DNA of 64,000 bases from Rhizophagus irregularis (Eukaryota), in the NCBI RefSeq assembly GCF_026210795.1, contig NC_089430.1:248001-312000 (forward strand), written 5' to 3'. The translations under genes were made by a program, and so were the position numbers. The notes below the pieces were generated by a model. It saw only the letters and a program-made list of their open reading frames with translations. It did not search any database and had not been told where the DNA came from. Shown piece by piece: positions 56,647-64,000 of this stretch (positions are counted from its first letter, which is position 1; each line of letters starts with the position of its first letter).

Positions 56647-57635
56647 AAAAACTTCTAATGCCAACTTTTCGCAAAAACTCTTCCTGTGCCACTGAAAATA
56701 CCTGTTAAATTGAGACATCATTCAATATTTGCATGTTTTCATTTGTTTGCTGATCAATTTCGCTATTATAATATTATTTACTGTTGTAGCATTTTCGCTA
56801 TAATTTAAAAAATTTTTAAATAATTTTAACAAAAAACATTTTATTGTTAATTAATAAATTATAGTTTTTCAATTTAATTTTTAAAATATTAATTTTAAAA
56901 TAATACATGTATTATGACAATGTCTCTCTATAAAAAAAATAAAATAAATAAAATAAATAATAAGTAGAGGTTAGAACCATCCAAAAAAACCTTACTGGGT
57001 AGTAAATTTTATATGTATTTATTTATCCATTCCTAGGAGATTTTGCAGTGAAAATTAACTATTGATTATACTATAATAAATAGATTTGAAAATTTGAGTA
57101 ATTCAGAAAGATTTGCATTTTTCAAATTAGAAAAACTTTTAATTTATTCATAATTTTAATATTATTTTACAATTGTAATAGCAGGAGATATAATTTGGCC
57201 TATCGGTCATATATGTAATACGTATTACCAATTTAAATATAGGATTTTCGATTTTAATATTGCAACATGTGATCATGTATTACGGTTATTAACAAAGAAT
57301 TTTTTTATTTTTTCAGCTGATTATTTTTTTGTCTTTTCATTTACAAAAACCTAATAAAATAGAAGTAAAATTTTATTTTTTTTCCTTAAATATAAACACA
57401 AACATATTTAAATTAAATAACTCAGAATTTAAATATAAACAAATATTATAGTTTGTTTACACATATTTCAAATTATGGTTTGAGCATTTTGGCCAAAGTA
57501 AATCTTGCTCTTTAATTAAAAGTAGTTCAGCAAGTTTGAAGCTGTTAAGATATTAATCTACATGAAAGCACAGTTAATATTTTTGGAGTTATTTACATTT
57601 TTACATGATAGTACTAAGTTACAAATTTTTTTTAC

Positions 57636-58470
57636 CTTCAGAGCGTATTTTGGGCAGTTTAGTCAAAGTAAATCGACTTCTTATATTAATTGAAAGTTTT
57701 TTGGCGAGTAATAATCTGTTCGAATATTGGTTTTCATGAAAATACAGTTAATACTTGAAGAGTTATTCACGTTTTTCACAACGGTACTCATTCACGAATT
57801 TTATTTTTTCCGTTTTGTCACTTCAGAGCGTATTTTGAGCACTTTAGTCAAAGTAAATCGACTTCTTATATTAATTGAATGTTGTTCAGCAGTTGATAAT
57901 CTACTTGGATATTAATTTTCACGAAGGTACAGTTAATACTTGAAGAGTTACTCACGTTTTTCACAACGGTACTCATTCACGAATTTTATTTTTTCCGTTT
58001 TGTCACTTCAGAGCGTATTTTGAGCACTTTAGTCAAAGTAAATCGACTTCTTATATTAATTAAAAGTTGTTCAGCGGGTCATAATCTGCCTGGATATTAA
58101 TTTTCATGAAGGTACAGTTAATACTTGAAGGGTTATTCACGTTTTTCACAACGGTACTCATTCACGAATTTTATTTTTTCTGTTTTGTCACTTCAGAGCG
58201 TATTTTAGGCACTTTAGTCAAAGTAAATCAACTTCTTATATTAATTGAAAGTTGTTCAGCGAGTTATAATCTGTTTGAATATTAGTTTTCATGAAGGTAC
58301 AGTTAATACTTGAAGGGTTATTCACGTTTTTCACAACGATACTCATTCACGAATTTTATTTTTTCCGTTTTGTCACTTCAGAACGTATTTTGAACATTTT
58401 GGTCAAAGGAAATCGACTTCTTTTATTAATTAAAAGTTGTTTAGCAGTCAAAATCCAATTTTCATGAAAA
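57636..58470. repeat. 185-bp tandem repeat, about 4.5 copies
   Basis: cttcaga(g/a)cgtatttt at ~57637, 57821, 58006, 58191 and 58376. Confidence 0.92.
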
Positions 58471-60853
58471 TGCAGTGGAGTAATTTATATTTTTTATGAT
58501 CATACTATACTGAATTGCAAATAAATTTACATTCTTTAATGTATTTTTAAAATTTAAATTTTTATTTAATATTACTTAATAAAGCATTATTATTTAAAAT
58601 TAAATTTAATATTACAATATAAATTTTTCTTTATTTTTTACCATACAAAAAAATTGTATATGGATTATGGAATCTACATTTTTATATTGGTAATACACTA
58701 ACGATCTATGAAATCGGCTGTAAAAGTCACAAATTGGACAGATGTAGCCAAAAATTGGCTATCCGATTTTTTGCCAATTTTTACTTATTCTGATTCTTTT
58801 TTTAACGCGTTTATTTATTAAGTTCATAAATGATTACATAATTAACATACTTATTCTGATAATAGGCAGTATATATAAAGTAAATTGCATGTATACAAAA
58901 GGTTAACAATAAATGTGAATAAATGAAACTTAATAAATAAATGCAATGTATGAAACATTATAAATTAATGAAATATATTAGTATTAAAAAACAGATGCTA
59001 TTCTATTATTTGAATTTAAAAATAAATATATGAATTTAATTAAGTACTTTAAAATGTGGAATATTAAAAAATATGGAGATTTTATTTTTTTATAAGCATA
59101 CAGTATGAATATACAGTATAAAAAAAGATATATCATTTTATTGTTTCAAAATATAAATGGATTAATGGAGTTTTTTTCTTTATATAAATCATGTTAAAAT
59201 CACATCGCAAAATATCTTTTACAAAATAAATATAATTTCGTCCATATTATGTTTCTATATTTTCATATCAATTTTTATTATTTTTTTTTTGCCACTATTT
59301 TATTAATAGAAAATTTAAAAACAAATTTTTATAGTGATAAAAAAATTATTAAAAACACTAAATAAATAAAAAAATTACAATGATGGAAAAAAAATTGGCT
59401 TTGACTGAAAAAGGAATAATATTCATTTAAAAAAAATTTGTAATTACAAAAACTGAAAATAACTGGATAGCTGCATCATTCATTCCAAGAGGATGGGAAT
59501 AGAAAAATTATTATTAATACAAACTAAGTTTTTTTGTAAAAAAAGTGATTAAAATTTTATTAACCGGAAAATTATATTAGCAATAAAGAATTGTGTATAA
59601 TACCCGACCGCCAATCAAATAACATGGACAGATCATGTTACATACAGATGGTGGCCTAAATGATCCGGCCACTTTTCAAAATTAAAAAATTTTTATATGT
59701 TTTATAAAATGAAAATAAAAATTTAACATGTTCATTATGCCTTCCTTTATTGAATTTTACAAAAATTTAATAATTAATTCTATATCCATTCGCGAAAATA
59801 ACAGCATTGACCCTCTGAGGCATACTATCAATTAATTTTCGATAATATTCAGGAGGGAGATCATCCCATGCAACCTTGACGTATACTTAACATTATCATC
59901 ATATCTAATATTTTATTAAAATCAATACAAACTATTATATTTATATTTATCTTTATATTATTACCATATAACATGTTACAGGATTAATTCATTTTGATCA
60001 TTAAATATAATATTTCTTTAATAAAACTAATAAACTCAAAACAAACCATAAAATTTATTATTTGATAAATATACAAAATACAAATCAACTTTTTAATATA
60101 AACCCTATTATATTACTTAAAATATATATAAATAATTACTGAATAATGCAATAATTATATTATAACTCACTAACAATACCAAATTACCCTAGTTGATATA
60201 GGTACAATTTTTTGCCGTATCGGTTGATCATTTTATTTGATCGTAAAATATAATAAAATAATTTGCAAACCATTAATAAATCATATAAATAAAATAATTT
60301 GCAAATAATAAATAAAATACAGTTTCTAAATAGTATTTTTAATTTAAAACTACTTTTTTATAATCATAATAATAAAAAAAAATAGTAGAAAATATTAATT
60401 TAATTTAATAATTAATAATATTTGGTTAAAAGAATACCAATTTTTTCCGTAGAAAATCAATCCATGTCAGATGACTCAGATCATTTAACAAAATAAAGAT
60501 AATTTATAAATGATTAAATATTATTTATTTTTTAAAATAAAAAATGTCTAAAAAAACGCAACTTACCATAGCATATCACTAGAATTTTTATCATCCAAAT
60601 TTAGCTTAATTTTCCCAAAATTGATTATACCATTTTAGTATTGGTGAAAATCATATTTACGACAACACATTTTATTTATTTATTTATTATTATCGTTCGG
60701 GTACATATGATCATAACATACTCTATTTTTAGATATTTTATTTATACTTTATAATATCATAATAAACCATTTATACTTTTTATAAGCTATTTATACTTTA
60801 TATTATTAAAATAAGCTATTTATAAGTGTACATATAATAAAATTCGTATAAAA

Positions 60854-62440
60854 TCATTTATTCACATTAAATGTAATACTACATTTCTGAAAAACATTCC
60901 CATGGAGAATTTTTTTAATGGTCTCATCATTTCCGTTAATTTCTTCATCATTTAATTCGTTTAAATCGTTTGAGTTGAGCTGCTGAAGTGGTGACCGTGA
61001 TTCTAAAAAAAAAAAAATTTTTTATACCATAAGAATTATTAGTTCATAATTTAAATCTTACCTTTAAAAACTTCTAAGGCCGAAGAAAAAGAATTTGCAG
61101 TTTTGTCATTTGACAATAATGTATCTAATGAAAAGAAAAATAACAAATATATTGTATATACTTTAACATTAAAACCACAGGTGTCATTCTTTTCTTACCA
61201 TTATAAATTAAAGAATTAATTTGTGATAATGTATTTTGCTGCAATATAGACCTGGGACGTTCATAATAAGCCAAAGAGTGAGGATTTTTATGCTGTGACA
61301 CAGACATTACATCATTATCACTAATTCCTTCACTTTTTGAAATTTGAATAAAGGTTTTTCGTCCACTATGATTTGTGAACTTTCTTTTATCACAATCGAT
61401 TTCAGTTATTGTTGCAATTTCTTTCATAAGTCCTTTTACCAATTTTTCTCCCATTTGAGCAGATTTGAACCAATAACCTGTAAACTCAACTATTTGAAAT
61501 TAAAAGAAAGGTAAAAAAAATAATAAATTACTACATAATAAATAATTACCTTCATTATTGTTGCAAGGTTGCAAGTAAAATGCATCTTCACAAATTGGTG
61601 GTCTTTTACTAAAATAAAGCTCATAATCTTGAATAACAGCATTATCAGCAGGTATTGAAATTACTTCAGCTTTAGAATTAGATTCACTTAAAGATCTCTG
61701 ATTACACTTAGATCTATAAAATGTAACATCAATACCACCATTCTTTCTTTTTTTAAATTGTTGTAACTTTAGATTATAGAGCTCTCCACCTCAAAGAGCT
61801 AATTCAAAAGCATTATGCCAAAATATGCGTCGTATAAGTCCTTTTGGTGAATCTGGTTGCATTGTGGGATGATTAATAATTTTCTTAATCTCTTCTTGAG
61901 TAAAAGCATCTGCACCATGTATTTCACCTAATCCCTGATCAGTTAAAAGTTTGATTTTGCCAGTAATTGCGTTATATAATTCAGAATATATATTTTTATT
62001 TGTAATTTCTTGTGGACGAATTTTAGAATATGTGTTGATATGTCATGCAATGGCAAATCTTGCTGATTTTATTGATTGTACTGAATATTCAGCTCCATTT
62101 TGCTGCTTACATGAAACAAAAAATGAAACAAGTTGGCGCTCTAACTCTTCTTTAGAATTCACATCATCTATTTTTCCAGTAATCCAATATCCTTACGAAA
62201 AGTTTCAAGTGCATTAATCCAAGTACTTGTAGAATTATGTGTAGCTTTGCCACGAGCTGCTGTTTGCATACTTTTTATTTCTTCTTCAGTAGGGGCCACA
62301 TATGTGAAAGTTTTTTTATTCTAAAAAAAAATCTTTAATAAAATGCAAAAAAAAAAAAAAAAAAATATTAACTGAATGAATACAAATAAATAGTGAATAC
62401 TACTTTTTTACTTTTATTTTGAGATTTTTGTGTGGTATTA
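60854..62440 (-). mobile_element. Decayed Crypton-type tyrosine-recombinase transposon gene with introns
   Basis: GLIRRIFWHNAFELAL*GGE (Arg box), SKCNQ, FTNHSGRKT (HxxR), VSQHK..SLAYY (His and Tyr boxes) and C-terminal FQKCSITFN; stops and frameshifts present. Confidence 0.85.
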
Positions 62441-62571
62441 TTATAAAAATACTAAAGAGTCGGCAAGAGAAAAAAGCATAATTTTTCAATATAAACAGTA
62501 AAAAATCAAACTTTTAAATAAACTTTTTTAAGCTTTTAAATGTTATGATCAGTTCCAAACGATAATAATAT

Positions 62572-62714
62572 TATTGTACAGGGAGCAATATCACTTATTT
62601 TATAGGTCAATGTATGATTGGTTACCAATTTTGCCACTGACGTGGCAAAATTAAAACCAATCATACATTGACCTATACTAAAATAAGTGATATTGCTCCT
62701 CCCCTATACAATAA
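62572..62714. repeat. Near-perfect palindrome of about 140 bp upstream of the Crypton gene
   Basis: ggagcaatatcacttatttt-ataggtcaatgtatgattggtt-aattttgccac...gtggcaaaatt-aaccaatcatacattgacctat-aaaataagtgatattgctcc. Confidence 0.92.
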
Positions 62715-63559
62715 TATATAATTATTAACTAGTATTTTTTCACATTTTTTTAATACTTAATTTTTCTGCGATATCAATCATGAAAAAATATCACATGTAT
62801 AATGTATTACACAAATAGAAAAAAATGATTACTAAATAACATGCAAATTTCTTTGAATTTGAAAGATCTTCCTTATCTTCCTGCTTAAAGATCTTTCCCG
62901 TACTTATTTTCCTATTGAAAGCAATCACTATACCCCGTGCTTTTAATTTCATATTCACTTTATGACTTACGAATAAATCACTTTAAGTTATAAAGCCATG
63001 TTTTTGTATAATACGCAAGGATAAAGATAAAGCCGAATGATATGTAGATTTTCTCTCGCCGTTCTCGCCGTAATATTATGTCCAATCTTAAACAATTATT
63101 TTATGAAGCGAATGCTACCAAAGGTATTGAAAATGTGTGTTCCAGAAATTTTTTTATGGCTGTGGTATCACGAATAAATTGTAATAAATTGTATAATTCT
63201 GTAATTTAAAAGCATTGTTTATTAATATTTATTGATTTTTTTTTTTTTTTTTTTTTTTTGAAAAAATAAATTTTATTGAATACTCGAATCTAAACTTTAG
63301 CTAAAACCTTAGAAATGTTAATTTTTTTCTTGTTATAATAGGAAACAACATTAAAAAATTTGAATAATTTAAATAGTATACAAATCAATATACGGTATTT
63401 ATTCATTTAATAATTTGGGAATAAATTTATTAAAATTATTTAAATTACAAACTAAGAATTTTGTAAAACATTTACTACTCTAATCTCAGTGTTTAAATAA
63501 TCCATGATAAATAAATATTAAGTGATAATTATTTAACATATAAAAAAAAAAATATTGTT

Positions 63560-64000
63560 AATTTGATTTATAAAAAGACAATTTAAAATCCATCTAAAGA
63601 TAAAAAATAGATTAATTATTTTGCTTTATAAAGAAATTTATTTTTTCTACTTTATTTTAAGAGCTTACCATCGGAATTTCCAGTTCATCTTGTTCTTTTG
63701 AATGAAAGTTTGGATTATTATATACTTCGTCATCATCTGTAATAGATAAGTAATTAGAATTAAAATAGTATTAAAATTTATTATGTAAAATTTTCACCTA
63801 CCATCAACATATTTTTGAGTTTTTTCTTTTTCGTCATCTAAATTTTAAATAAAAGTCGTGTTTAATAAATTAAATTGATATATATAGTAACTTTATTTGT
63901 TAGTAATTTACTCACTATTTGATTTAATTTGCAACTTTTTAAATAATTTAGATAATTTTTTATTACTATCTAAAAATTAAAATATAAATTTAATATATAA
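63560..64000 (-). CDS. Small 3' exons of another gene continuing beyond the window, probably a kinase paralog
   Basis: Exons ~63837-63802 and 63736-63669 (DDEVYNNPNFHSKEQDELEIP). The 3' flank at 63437-63500 matches the 3' flank of the 33.5-kb kinase (33180-33350). Confidence 0.6.

Noticed and set aside
56473..56721. LT and DI dipeptide-repeat ORFs
   Set aside because: Microsatellite artefacts.

Overview
AT-rich, intron-containing eukaryotic DNA. The gene families present (tyrosine-kinase-like kinases, Sel1 repeats, kelch membrane proteins, a Crinkler-like domain, a TRP-like channel and a Crypton) suggest an arbuscular mycorrhizal fungus such as Rhizophagus; this is an inference. The window holds a kinase-Sel1 gene, a large membrane protein gene, two duplicated kelch genes (one with a nonsense codon), a Myb gene, several pseudogenes, a decayed Crypton and many MITEs with target-site duplications. 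The main finding is the ~100-bp AT-rich tandem array at 34.8-38.4 kb. On the minus strand almost every unit is a complete intron (GTAAG donor, CTAAC branch point, YAG acceptor), and units are separated by a variable 3-nt micro-exon. Thirty-four 3-nt exons plus one 1-nt exon splice, in frame and without a stop, between three upstream exons and an intact kinase domain. The result is a kinase whose N-terminal segment is encoded one codon-length exon at a time. The splicing is predicted from sequence signals and needs RNA confirmation.
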